Assembly: GCF_964194155.1 (NCBI RefSeq)
Contig: NC_135906.1
Coordinates: forward strand, 20,646,001-20,710,000
Direction of reading: 5' to 3'
Origin: Cetorhinus maximus
Taxonomy: Eukaryota
Length of the DNA stretch: 64,000 bases
Positions within the stretch are counted from its first letter, which is position 1; every line of letters starts with the position of its first letter. The notes beneath the pieces are model-generated. The model saw only the letters and a list, made by a program, of their open reading frames with translations. It had not been told where the DNA came from and did no database searches. This document shows positions 22,110 to 35,515 of this stretch, in pieces. Both the position numbers and the translations under genes were made by a program.

Positions 22110-25100
22110 ACAGACAGGCTCTAACGTTACTCCTTATCCAAGTGAATAGCACGTTTAGTGAGGTGGTTACACCGCAGGTGAAGATTACACAGGCTGAAAA
22201 GGAATGGGTGACCATCAGGAACAGTAAAAGACTCAGGAAGGTAGCGCAGGAGTCCCCTGTGGTCATCCCCCTCTCTAAGAGATATACCGCTTTGGCAGTT
22301 CTGATGAAGAGTCATTCGGACTCGAAACGTTAACTGTATTCCTCTCCGCAGATGCTGTCAGACCTGCTGAGTTTTTCCAGGTATTTTTGTTTTTGTTTTA
22401 CCGCTTTGGATACTATTTGAGGGGATGGCCTCTCAGGGGAAAGCAGCAACAGCCAAGTTCACGGCACCATGGGTGGCTCTGCTGCTCAGAATGGCAGGAG
22501 GAAAACAGGTGGCAGGGCTATAGTGATAGGGGATTCAGTAGTTAGGGGCATAGACAGACACTTCTGTGGCCGCAAACATGAATCAAGGATGGTATGTTGC
22601 TTCCCTGGTGCCAGGGTCCAAGATGTCACGGAGCGGCTGCAGGACGTTCTGGGGAGGGAAGGTAAACAGCCAGTGGTCGTGGTACACATTGGTACCAACG
22701 ACATAGGTAAACTAAGGGATGAGGACCTGCAAGCTCATTACAGGGAGTTAGGAGATAAATTAAAATGCAGGACCTCAAATGTAGTAATCTCAGGATTACT
22801 CCCAGTTCCACGTGCTAGCGAGAGCAGGAATAAGAGGATAGACCAAATGAACACGTGGCTGGAGAGATGGTGTAGCCGGGAGGGATTCAGATTCTTGAGG
22901 CACTGGGACCGGTTCTGGGGAAGGTGAGACCTGTACAAACTGGACGGGCTGCACCCAGGCAGAGCTGGGACCAGTGTCCTTGCAGGGGCTTTTGCTAGTT
23001 CTGTTGGGGAGTATTTAAACTAGTGTGGCAGGGGGATGGGATCCCGGGAGTAGGATCAGATAGGTCAGATTCAGATCAGAAAAATGGAGGTGGACCATTA
23101 GCTAGGGATGTTATGATAGACATGGAGTTACAGGAGAAGCAAAGTTTAAAAAGTGTCCAGCAAGGGAAATTGACAGGGTTAAACTGTTTGTACTTCAATG
23201 CAAGGAGTATTACAAACAAGGTAGATGAATTAAGGGCACAGGTAGACACATGGCAGCAGGATGTCATTGCTATAACGGAGACCTGGCTAAAGGAGGGACA
23301 AAACTGGCAGCTAAATATCCCTGGTTATAGAGTCTTCAGACACAATAGAGTAGGAGATAAAAAAGGAGGGGGGTAGCACTAATGGTTAAAGAATCAATTC
23401 CAGTTGTGAGAAGGGATGATATACTAAATGGGTCAACAAACGAGGCTTTATGGATTGAGCTTAGAAATAAAAAAGGGGCAGTCACACTACTGGGAGTATA
23501 CTACAGACCCCCAAATAGTGAAAGGGAGATAGAAGAACAAATACATAGGCAAATTTCTGCTTGTAAGAACAAGAGGGCAATAATAGTAGGAGACTTCAAC
23601 CATCCTAATATCAACTGGGATTCAAACAATATAGGGGGCACTGAGGGAGAAAAATTCATGCAGTGTGTCCAGGAAAGTTTTTCAACCAATTAGTGTCAAA
23701 CCCAACGAGAGGAGATGCAATTCTAGACCTAGTCTTGGGGAACGAAGAAGGGCAAGTGGGTGAAGTGACAGTTGGCGACCATATCGGGGACAGTGATCAC
23801 AATTCAGTTAGATTTAGCATTACCATGGAAAAGGACAGAGATAAGGCAGGAGTAAAAGTCTTGAACTGGGGGAAGGCAAATTTTGCAGAAAAGAGAAGGG
23901 ACTTGGCTGAGGTGGACTGGACAGCACTGCTGGAGGATAAAACAATGGAAAACCAGTGGGAAGCACTAAAAAGCGAGATTCTAATTGTACAAAGTAGACA
24001 TGACCCCTACAAAAATAAGAGTGGTACTGCCAAATCTAGACCCCCCTGGTTGTCTAGAGGAATACAGGGGAAGATCAAACAGAAAAAGAAAGCGTACAAC
24101 AGGCACAAAGAACTAAGCACTGCAGATAGCCTAGACGAATATAGGAAGTGCAGGGACGAAGTAAAAAAGGAAATAAGGAAATCAAAGAGAGGGCATGAAA
24201 AAAGATTAGCAAGTAAAGTTAAAGATAACCCAAAGATGTTTTACCAATACATTAATGCTAAAAGATTAGTTAAGGAAAAAGTGGGACCTATCAGAGATGA
24301 AGATGGAAACTTGTGTGTAGATGCAGAGGCTGTGGGAAGGGTTTTGAATGAATATTTTGTCTCCGTGTTTACAAAAGAAAGGGAGGATGTAGATATAGTA
24401 GTCCAGAAGGAACATTGCGAGATATTTGACGGGATAGTTATAAAGAGAGAGGAAGTACTCGAAGGGTTGAAATCCTTGAAAGTTGATAAGTCACCAGGGC
24501 CAGATGGATTGTTTCCGAGGCTGCTGAAGGAAGTCAGGGAGGAGATAGCAGATGCTCTGAGGATGATTTTCCAATATTCACTAGATACAGGGGAGGTACC
24601 GGAGGACTGGAGAAATGCAAACGTAGTTCCATTGTTTAAAAAGGGATCAAAGGAAATGCCAAACAATTATAGGCCAGTGAGTCTTACATCGGTGGTGAGC
24701 AAATGAGTAGAATCAATCCTGCGAGATAGGATTAACTGTCATGTGGAAAGGCATGGACTAGTCAGGGATGGTCAGCATGGATTTGTTAAAGGAAGGTCTT
24801 GCCTCACAAATTTGATTGAATTCTTTGAGGAAGTGACAAGAAGAATTGATGAAGGTAGTGCAGTGGATGTTGTGTACATGGATTTTAGCAAGGCATTTGA
24901 CAAGGTCCCACATGGCAGATTGGTCAGGAAAGTAAAAGCCCATGGGATTCAGGGTAATGTGGCAAACTGGATAAAAAGTTGGCTTTGTAACAGGAAACAA
25001 AGGGTAATGGTCGATGGATGCCCTTGCGAATGGAAAGTTGTCTCAAGTGGTGTTCCACATGGCTCAGTGTTGGGACCCTTGCTGTTTGTGTTATATATTA

Positions 25101-26065
25101 ACGATTTGGACGTGAACGTGAGGGGCACGATTGGGAAATTTGCAGATGACACAAAGATTGACCGAGTAGTGGATAGTGTAGAGGATAGCCATAATCTCCA
25201 AAACGATATAGATGGGTTGGTGGAGTGGGCGGTAAAGTGGCAGATGGATTTTAACATAGAGAAATGTGAGGTCATACATTTAAGGAGGTCAAACAGTTAC
25301 AGGGATTACATAATAAATGGGAATATACTAAGAGGAGTAGATGAAGTGAGAGATCTTGGCGTACAAGTACACAGGTCCCTGAAGGCAGCAGTTCAAGTAG
25401 ACAAGGTTGTAAAGAAGGCATATGGAATGCTCTCCTTCATTGGCAGAGATATAGAATATAAAAGTAAGGATATAATGTTGGAACTGTATAAAACATTGGT
25501 GAGGCCACAACTGGAGTATTGTGTGCAGTTCTGGTCACCACATGACAGGAAGGACGTAATAGCTCTGGAGAGAGTACAGAGGAGGTTTACAAGAATGTTG
25601 CCAGGGTTAGGAAAGTGTAGCTACGAGGAGAAATTAGATAGGTTGGGGTTATTTTCCTTAGAGCAAAGAAGGCTGAGAGGTGACTTGATTGAGGTGTACA
25701 AAATTATGAGGGGAATAGATAGAGTGGATAGGGTAAAATTGTTTCCCTTGATGGAGAATTCTAGAACCAGGGGACATAGATTCAAGATAAGTGGCAGAAG
25801 GTATCGGGGGGACATGAGGAAGAACTTTTTTACATAGAGGGTAGTGGGTGTCTGGAATTCGCTGCCCAAGTTGGTGGTAAGGGGCAGAAACTTTAAATTC
25901 TTTTAAAAAGTACCTGGATCTGCACCTAAAGTGCTGTAAGCTGCAGGGCTGTGGGCCGGGTGCAGGAAGGTGGGATTAGAAAGGGCACCTGGGTGTCCTC
26001 GGGCTGGCATGGAAAAGATGGGCCGAGTGGCCTCCTTCTGTGCTGTAACTTTTCTATGGTTCTAA
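22110..26065 (+). mobile_element. Relatively young, near full-length CR1 LINE (SGNH-esterase ORF1, APE-RT ORF2; few lesions)
   Basis: GDSVVR...VVHIGTND; FNARSI, ITETWL, YYRPPNS, VGDFNHP, SDHN; QHGFVKGRSCLTNL, FADDTK; tail ttctatggttcta. Confidence 0.95.
22296..22336 (+). ncRNA. Minimal type I hammerhead ribozyme motif (Penelope-type)
   Basis: cagtt-CTGATGA-a-gagtc-attcg-gactc-GAAA-cgtt-aactg: stem I cagtt/aactg, stem II gagtc/gactc, palindromic ACGT as stem III. Lies in a 103-bp insert (22296-22398) with TSD taccgctttgg. Confidence 0.75.
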
Positions 26066-26572
26066 GTAAATGAAGATGTTCAAACTCTACAATAAAGAGA
26101 TGGCACAACCCACACACCACCATGTCTGGGAAAGCAAAATAAACCCAGAGGGAAAAAGCTCTGAAATTCCGACACAGTCCCTGAAAACGATCAAGTGAGC
26201 TCCAGAAGCCCTCAATAGCTCACATCAATCATTTTCCGTTATCTCTCACGTTCCTTATAGCATTTGTTTTTATTTATTCTTTCTTTATTTCTATTCCAAA
26301 GCCAGAAAAATAAGAAGCAGATTATACTTTCTGTACTTGTGACCCACTAAATGTTGCATTCTTAAAAAAGCCTTGGTTCCGCGATATTTTTCTTTGAGTT
26401 GTTGCTAAATATTTAGAAGTTAGAACAGGGTGTTATCAGGAGTGTGTAAGTATTTGCAATGGGTCTCAATTTTCTTTATTCTCTCATGGGATGTGAGTGT
26501 TGCCGGCAAGGCCAGCGTTTGTTGCCCATTCCTAATTTCCCTTGAACTGAGTGGCTTGTTAGGCCATTTCAG

Positions 26573-26920
26573 AGGTTAGCTTTACCCTATTGCTGATTGT
26601 TTCCTTGGCCTGGCATTGGCCGATTCCGGTGGGTGCAGGTTGCCATTAGATTCAGGGCTGGAGTGTGGCCAGGTGGGCAACACTTCCCTCCTGTTAATGC
26701 ACAGCATCTTCATGGGAATCCGGTGCTAAATTATTCATAAACGACCTGATTCTGGCTCAGGGTTTTGTACGTAGCTGAGCATTTATTTCGTTGGGATCTA
26801 TTGAAAGCCATCCCTCGAGCCACAGCTGTCAGTCCTAAGAGATAAGCAAATGCCATTCTGAAGGGATGGGCAACGGCCTCTGTTGTCCTCAGCCAATCGA
26901 ACGGGGCTCGGGTTCAGATA
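26573..26920 (+). pseudogene. Degenerate 28S rRNA fragment, copy B
   Basis: Duplicate of 374-720. Confidence 0.72.
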
Positions 26921-29376
26921 TAACTTGAGATATTGTCCAATTCCAAGAACTCATTCAACCCCAACTGGTGTCGCTATTCAAAATCACTTAAGTCAATAGA
27001 ATATAATTATATTAATCACAATTACTCACTAATACCTCAGGGGGTGGTGAACTTGTGGAGTTCTCTACCACAGAAGGCTGTGGAGGCCAAGTCACAGAAT
27101 ATAGATAGATATCTAGACTCTAAAGGTGTCAAGGGGTGTAGGGAGAGAGAGGGAGTACGACGTTGAGATAGAGGGTCAGTCATGATCATATTGAATGGTG
27201 GAGCGACTTCAAAGGGCTGAACGACCGACTCCTGCTCCTATTTTCCATGTTTCTAGGTTTAATTCTTTTAAACTGCTTATTTTGAGTTTTATCAATAAAA
27301 ACACTGGCTCTCTAACCGATGCACTGCCAGGTTAGTCTATACTTAGTTATCCTGAACTGGCTGAGCATTAACTCCAGGCTCCTTGTTATGAAAGAATCTT
27401 TTCATTTTGACTTATTGACATGCCGTGAAAGCTTGCAGTTGTCTCAAGCAGAACCCTCTGCCAGGCAGCATTGCCAATCTCACAGCAGCTTCCTTGGATT
27501 TGCTCTTGTTATTTTGAACCATTTCCATGCTGTTTCCTGTGCTGCACTGCAAACAGCCAGCAGACAGTCCTCACCTCGCCTTCGGTGGGATCTCAGGTAC
27601 GCTATAATAATTGAAATACTGATGATTTTTCTCCAAAGGTTCCCCAGTACACTCAGCAGCAAACAGTGGCTCGATATGAATCAGTGCGTATGAATATGAA
27701 TCTAGAAAATCAATACGTCTCTCAAGACTTGGGAGTGAGGTGTTAAGAGGAGAATAGCACTGTCCCAAGTGGAGTGGACCTCCTTGAAACTTTACGAAAA
27801 GACTTGTACCAGGTAATCAGTGTCTTTTTTTAATGGCTAACTTGTGCTTTTTGACATCAAATAACTGTGCTATTTAAAAGGAAGCAAAATTGTCCAAGTG
27901 ATTCTCAAAATGCTACAATGCATTGCCCCGAAGAGCAGTCAAAGCAGATTTAATATTAAATCTCGCAAGAGAATTAGATAAATACCAAAAATGAAAAAAA
28001 TCGCAGGGCTGTAAGGCAAGGATCAGGGCAGTTGGACGAATTGGATAGCTTTTTCAAAAAGCTGGCACAGGCATGATGGGCCGAATAGCCTCCTTCTGCA
28101 CTGTCTGATTCTACCACAATGTCCTCATTACATTTTAAAAACATTTCACACCATGTGTTAACGTTTGAAGAATCACTGTGCAGGCAAATGCTTCATCCCC
28201 TGTAACGGGTAAACTGTTTAAGCTACATTTTTGGAAATTGAATATCTCGAAACTACCACTGTGATTTTGTTAGCTTTTACAAGAAAATGAATATTCTATT
28301 TTCATTAGAGGGCACATTCACTCCAGGCTATAAATTATTTTCACACCTGATTAAGAAAAAAATTAATCATTTAAAATTTGCAAACACTTTTCTTAGCTTG
28401 AACTTAATTTATAGGACTTTACTTTCCAATCCACTTCTACATCAGGGCTTAGTCACAATGATATTCTACACTCTGAATACAATTAAACAGAGCTCATAAA
28501 TCATGTTGTGTTTTGTCATATTCTTTTGTCTAGCTAATCAAGCATTTTATTTAGCTTTCATTATTTCTGAAATCCTCTTATTAAAACTCAGTATATCGTA
28601 AGGAACCATACCATTCTGGAATTAATAATTCTGTGTTAGAATTACATTTACATTTTAACTCTAGGGAAATGGCTTCATATAGTTATCACAGCAATGATGT
28701 AAATGCAGTCTGAATCCAGAACCAAAGCTTTGAAGCAGGACATGACTCAGCTCAGGATTCAGAGCAAGTCTTGACTCTACATTTACACTTACCCATGTTT
28801 AACATTGCTGTGAAGCACAGACTGCGTAACACCCATGTTAAATTCTTGGAGGATAGTTCAATTTGAGACTCTCAGAAAACATCACTAAGAGTTGATTGGC
28901 CCCTGCTGTTGTGACGTTGTGGAGATTCAAACAGGAAAGGCTGAGGAGAAGATTGAAAATTCTGTGGACTCATAGATAGTCTGAGTTTCAAGGTAGTGGT
29001 GTAATATTTGCATTTCTGAACTAGGAACATTATTTGGTCTTTAAATGCAATCATCGTAATCCTTTTTGTTTGTTTTTAAACAGAAATTGGCCTAAAAGAT
29101 ACCAACAACAACTTGCGTTTATATAGCACTGCTAACGCACCGAAACCTTCCAAAGTGTTTCATAGGGTGTTATCAAAACATTTGGCACAAAACCAAATAA
29201 GGAGATAGAATCTTCAACAAAGACACTTTCTTCTCAAAGGTACAAAAGCCCAACAGGTTGCAACGCTTGAAGGAAAGAAAAAGTTAAATTTGTGAAGATT
29301 TAGAAACCTGATCACAACAGCTTGGGTTCAATTTATAATCTTGGCTTCTTGGGATACAAACAAATCCAAGAGAGAC

Positions 29377-30951
29377 ATGGCAGAGGTAGAAGATGGCAAG
29401 GGAATGATCACACAGGAATCAGAAGAATATCCAGTTGAAATATCCACTATTGAGTGTGAAAATCCAGATGCCCCAAATAAAGAGCAAGCTGGAGACCTCA
29501 CTATAGCCGAAGAAATAATCGAGAAGAATGAGGCAACTGAAGAAACAATGTTTATGGAGATGCAACAGGAAGAAGAGAACCGTGGTGAGACTACTGTTGA
29601 AGAACAAGTGACTGAAGGAAATGAAGATGCTGCAGGGAAAGGAGGGTTGGGTATCGAAACAAGAAATGAAAATGTGGAATCTGAACAGACCATCTCTGTA
29701 GAGACTGCAAAGGAACTTGAAGAAAACCTCCTCGAGGCCATAGGCAGCACTGATGTTGCACTTAAGGCAGGAGTATCTGATCGAAACTCATGTAAAAAAG
29801 AGCTGTCCAATGAAAACAAAAGTAAATCTGTAGAAGATGGTCAAAATAGGTTACAAGAATCAGAAGGCCAGGGCTGCAGAGAGGAGATTGAAGCATTAAC
29901 AGTAATGAAGGATATTGGACTTTCTACTACCCTGGAAGACACAATAGGAGAAAATGTTCAAGCGTCTGACGATTCCCAGGCACAATGTATAGATGTTGAA
30001 GAAAAGTTTGAAGCTACAGGAAATGCAGAAGAGAGTCAAAATGGTTCAGAAGGTGTGGCAGATACTCTGCTAAATATAGTAGCTGAGCCAGACTTCAAGG
30101 AGTCCTCTGACAACACAAATGAGGCTCCTGTCAGTGTGAACAGTGGTGACAGGCCAGAAGAATATTGCACAGATGCTGAATCGATTGCAGGGCAGATGGA
30201 GTTGTCTACACACACAGTTATTGATAATGGTTCGATGATGGCTAGCCACAACAATGGTAAATCAGGTAAAGGTGACATGTTGCTTAAGGAAGCGCAAGAA
30301 GGTGTGGCTGCAGCACATATGTGTCATGATCAAGAGCCACCAACAGGTGTTGAAACTGGACTAGAAGCACCAGCAGAAATAGCCAAAACTGATCTACAAA
30401 CAATGAAAAATACTGAGGCAGATTTAGAAATCCAAACCAAAGGTGTTGAAAGAATTCTAGAAACATCTGCCAAGCGTTTGGAAGAATGTCTGGATATTCC
30501 ACCAGTGCATGCTCCACCATGCTTGGGAAATCTTATGGAATGCCTAGATGTTTGGGATCAAAATCAGGACATATACTTCAAACCATCAGCAGAGAGAACA
30601 AGTGAAACTCCAGTTAACGTGGGAGATAATCCAACTGAAAAATTGGCAACAGAAGATGCTGAAGAACAAGCAACCTCAATTGATGCAGAACCCTCACAAG
30701 GCATACAAGATACAACAGTGACCAATACAATGGAAAATACAGAAGGACAAGATCCTAGTCTAGGCAATCTGGTCAAACCTGTGCAAGCCACAGAATTACC
30801 AACAACAGCACCTGGGGAGAGTGCAGAAGTCAGCAACACTAGTCTGCAACAACATTGTGAGGCAGGAATATCAGAGTCTGAGGATCAAGGCATACAAGAC
30901 CCAACAGCAGCAGCAGCGGACGATCAGATAATAGTAGCAGAGGAAGGATAG
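29377..30951 (+). CDS. Glu-rich protein (524 aa), copy B
   Basis: Open paralog of 3165-4742 with one in-frame 3-nt indel; upstream candidate acceptor AG reads AA. Confidence 0.65.
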   Translation: MAEVEDGKGMITQESEEYPVEISTIECENPDAPNKEQAGDLTIAEEIIEKNEATEETMFMEMQQEEENRGETTVEEQVTEGNEDAAGKGGLGIETRNENVESEQTISVETAKELEENLLEAIGSTDVALKAGVSDRNSCKKELSNENKSKSVEDGQNRLQESEGQGCREEIEALTVMKDIGLSTTLEDTIGENVQASDDSQAQCIDVEEKFEATGNAEESQNGSEGVADTLLNIVAEPDFKESSDNTNEAPVSVNSGDRPEEYCTDAESIAGQMELSTHTVIDNGSMMASHNNGKSGKGDMLLKEAQEGVAAAHMCHDQEPPTGVETGLEAPAEIAKTDLQTMKNTEADLEIQTKGVERILETSAKRLEECLDIPPVHAPPCLGNLMECLDVWDQNQDIYFKPSAERTSETPVNVGDNPTEKLATEDAEEQATSIDAEPSQGIQDTTVTNTMENTEGQDPSLGNLVKPVQATELPTTAPGESAEVSNTSLQQHCEAGISESEDQGIQDPTAAAADDQIIVAEEG

Positions 30952-33799
30952 GTAAATGATGTTCCTCTTCAGCCTTTGAAATATTTACTAATGAAATACA
31001 GTTGAAACTGAATCGGGATACAGTGCGTTTGTAAACCAGAACAAAACTTAAACAAGAACATTGCCAAATGCTTCCAATAACGCCACAAATTAACGGAAAA
31101 AGACAGTTTTCAGTTATAGCTCAGTACAGAATGACAAGCTGTCACTTGGGCTTGAACACCAATTGTACAAGAAGCAAACCTTTCAGATAGCTCCAGTGAG
31201 TTGCTAGAAAAAGGTACATAGTTTCCTATGTTACCAACATAATGGCCCGGATTTTACAATAGAAATAGTGGTGAGGTTATCTGTGCTCCCCGTCATTATG
31301 GAGTAAATCAGCTAGTAGTTTCTGGTGTCCGCACGTGTGCGGTTAAACATGGAGATCCTGAATTTGCTGTCTGATTTACCCTGCTCTGCCACAGACTCTG
31401 CTGCATGTTGTCAAGAGACATTGAAATACACAAAATGCATGAAGTTGCGATGCCAAACCACTAGTTACCCACTAAATAGGCCATTAAAAGTTAGGGCTGG
31501 TACATTCAGGATAATTGAATTTTTAAAAGCCTGCTAAGTCTTAATTAGCTCCAAACAGCCTCTCTGGCCCTGTAAGTGTAATTTTATAAGTGTGGAGTCT
31601 CAATTCTTCAGATTTTAACCATTGTTGGAGGTTTAAAAAACATTAAAATTAATTTTCACTTTCTATATGCGATTTTACATTGAATTAAAATATTCTCATT
31701 TCTATCTCCTGTTTTAGACTCTGCATTTCTCAGTGAGGATTCTTCAGTCTAATTGATTGACCATTTTGTTGCTTGCCCTGCTCTCTCACACACACCACAG
31801 ATGCCCTGCCAAGGGGATCACATTGAAAAGACTTGCTAAATAACTCAAATTACTGCTCAACAGCCTAAGAAAATTCTGTGGGCAGCGGGAAACATGATGG
31901 ACAGCAAGCACCATTCTTTTGCTGCTGACTGCAAAATCCAGGTCAACTTGTTCCACTCACCAGTAATGAACACTCAACTCCAGAACACAAAGCGACAATC
32001 AATCCCTCACCTCCAACCTTTTACTCCATCAAAAAGGTTTTTCTCTTGTTCTATTTAATCATCATACAACATATTGGATAGGGACATAGGAGCAGGAGTA
32101 GGCCTGCTCTGTCATTCGATAAGACCATGGCTGATGTGACTGTGGTCTCAACTCCACTTACATGTCTGACCCCCCACTCTCCACCTCCCCATAACCCTGG
32201 GCTCCCTTGTCCATCAAAAATCTGTCTAATTCAATCATGAATAAATTCAATGATCCAGCCTCCACTGCTTTCACGGAAGAGAATTCCACAGACTAACAAC
32301 CCTCAGAAAAAAAATTCTCCTCATCTCGGTTTTAAAAGGGAGAACTCTTATTTTTAAACTGTGTCCCCTAGTACTAGTCTCCCCCACAGAGGAAACATAC
32401 TCCCTGTGCCAAACCTCTCAGCATCTTATGTTTCAATGCCTCTCATGCTTCTGAACTGGATAGACAGCATTTCAGAAGTGTCTGTTTAAGTCACCAATCA
32501 TAAATATCAAGCCACACAGACATCATTAAAATGATTTTGTAGATTCCCTTCTTCTCCATATTCAGTTCCCAAGTTGAGCTACAGGCAGGTGAGAGCAAGT
32601 GGTAAAGTAACCTGGAAATAGACTGCCTGCTAACTTTCTCTGCTGGGGAGCAGTGCATATTACAGAGTGACAGGAACGTCAGTAAGAGATTAAGATTCAG
32701 CGACAGCTGAATGAAATAAATCACATTTCAAGTTCCCTTTAAGTTCCAGTTCTGTACTTAAATGTTAGGCTGAAGAAAACCAGCAAATGTCGCTGACAGG
32801 CAATATGTGTAAGGCTGTAATTGACATATAAAATAGTCTTAGCCCTAACTTTCTGATGGATGCATTTATATGTTTAATCTTTTCTGTACAATTAAATAGA
32901 TAAGTTACTTTATGTTGTATCCCAAGGCAATGCTGTAAAGCCTTTTTAAATCTGCAGAATATGGAAGCATAGTAGTTGTGTTCCTGGATTAGTAACCTTG
33001 AGGCCTGGAATAATGATTGAGTTATGAGATGAAATCCCACCTTGAAAGCTGGAATAATTAAATTTAATTAAATAAATAAATCTAAACTGAAAAGCTAGTC
33101 TCCGTAATGGTGACCAGGAAACTACTGGATTGTCGTAAAAACCCATCGAATTCATTAATGACTTTAGGAAAGGAAATCTGCCGTCCTTACCCAGTCTGGC
33201 CTATATGTAACCCCAGACCCACAGCAATGTGGTTAATTTAAGGACCCTCCGAAATGGCTCAGCAAGCCACTCAGTTGTTTTTGAGAAGGTAGCTCACCAG
33301 CACCTTCTCAAGGGCAATAAGGGAAGGACAATAAATGCTGGGCCTTGCCAGTGACATCCACAACCTATGAGTGAAATTTTAACAAGACTCGGTATGTTAA
33401 ATTAAATAATACCAGATATAAAATCAAGAGTGAGGTCTTGGAGGAGATGCTGTAAAGGCCTTTTAGCCAGGCTTACAAAGAATCCCTTTGTACGGTGAGG
33501 CGGATGATTAAGAAGGGAACCACCTGAAGAGTTGAACTCACCCGACTGTAATGTCTGCATCTTCTGCAACAAAGGATCCTTTATAATCTCATTATATTGG
33601 CCATGAGTATATGTATCATTTAACTTTTAATAAAAATTTCAAGCATTTGACTCCATGTTAATTTCATTCTTGTCCTATAGGCACAGGGCTGCAGTGGTTT
33701 GTCTATATTATTGCAAAATTCACATTCCTAACAACAAAGCAAGGAAAATCTACTATGCAAGAAAAAGCTGCTGCAAATAAATTTTAACAATGATCAACA

Positions 33800-35515
33800 T
33801 ACGAATTAGGAGCAGGGGTGGACCACTTGGCCCTTCGAACCAGCTCCGCCATTCAACAAGATCATGGCTGAATGGATTTCACCTCAACTCCACATTCCCG
33901 CCTACCCCCGATAACCTTTCACCCCCTTGCTCATCAAGAACTTATCTACCTCTGCCTTAAAACTATTCAAGGACTCTGCTTTCACCACCTTTTGAGGAAG
34001 AGTTCTAAAGACTCATGACCCTCTGACAGAAAAAAATTCTCATCTCTGTCCTAAATGGCGACCCCTTATTTTTCAACAGTGGCCCCCAGTACTAGATTCT
34101 CCCACAAGAGGAACCATCGTCTCCACTTCCCCTGTCAACACCCCTCAGGATCTTGTATGTTAATCAAGTTGCCTCTTTTATGAACTCCAAAGGATATATG
34201 TCAACCCGACCAACCTTTCAAATGCCTTCTGGAAATTTACATACAGTACATCCACCAGAAATATAACCTCCTTACTTTTGTATTCAATTCCCTTCGCATT
34301 CTATTCTGTAAGCTTTCCTAATTACCTGTTGTACCTGAATATTAGCCTTTTGCAATTCATGCATTAGGACACCTGGACCCCTCTGCATCTCAGCGCTCTG
34401 CAAGCTGTCACCATTTAGATAATATGCTTCTTCTTTCACAGTAACCTTTGATGTGGCACCTTATCAAATGCCTTCTGGAAATCTAAATACAGACCGGCTC
34501 CCTTTCACTCACAGCATATGTTACTTTTTCAAAGAACTCCAATAAATTGGTTAAACATGACTTCCCTTTCACAAAACCATGTTGACTCTGCCTGATTACC
34601 CTGAATTTTGCAAAATGCCCTGCTATCACATCTTTAATAAGATAAAAGCAAAAAACTGCGGATGCTGGAAATCGAAAACAAAAGCAAAAATACCTGGAAA
34701 AACTCAGCAGGTCTGGCAGCATCTGTGGAAGGGAGCACAGTTAACATTTCGAGTCCGCATGACAGTTCTTTTGAAGGGTCATGCGGACTCGAAACGTTAA
34801 CTGACGTATTTAATAAGTTTTGAACATTTTCCTTATGACAGATGTTAAGCTAAAAGGCCTTTCGTTTCCTGCCTTCTGGCTCCCTCCCCCTGTGAATAAA
34901 GGAGTTACATTTGCTATTTTCCAATCTAATGGAACTTTCACCAAATATAGGGAATTTTGGAAAATTAAAACCAATCCATCAACTATCTCACTAGCCACGT
35001 TTTTTAGGACCTGAGGATGAAGTCCATCAGTACCTGGGGACTCATCAGCCTGCAGCTCCAACAATTTACTTCGTATCATTTCCCAAGTTCCTCCCTCTTT
35101 TCCATTTCCTGATTTACAGCTATTTCTTGGATGTTACTTGTATCATCCAAAGTGAAGACCAATGCAAAATACTTCTTTAATTAATCTGTCATCTCCTTAT
35201 TTTCCATTATTAATTCCCCAGACTCACTTTCTATCGGACCAATGCTCACTTTCTTAACTGTTTTTTAAATAACTATAGAAACTCTTACTGTGTGTCTTTA
35301 TATTCCCAGCTAGCTTTCTCTCGTAATCTAATTTTTCTTCCTGATCAATCTTTTGGTCATTCTTTGCTGTTTTTTATATTCTGCACAATCTTCTGACCTG
35401 CCACCCAACTTTGCGTAATTATATGCTTTTTCTTTAAGTTTGATACCATCCTTAACTTTTTAGTTAACCATGGACGGTGGGTCCTCCCCTTGGAATTTTT
35501 CTTTCTCATTGGAAT
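33800..35515 (-). mobile_element. Decayed CR1 ORF2 fragment, copy B
   Basis: ORFs 34483-34722 (QHGFVKGKSCLTNLLEFF) and 34810-35079. Confidence 0.85.
34641..34803. mobile_element. Penelope-derived short insertion with partial inversion
   Basis: Absent at about 8590 in copy A; imperfect ~13-bp TSD (acatctttaataa / acgtatttaataa); hairpin 34738-34763 / 34778-34803. Confidence 0.8.

Noticed and set aside
23023-25837. Active CR1 ORF2
   Set aside because: Broken into several ORFs by frameshifts and stops; ORF1 is interrupted by an insertion and a stop.
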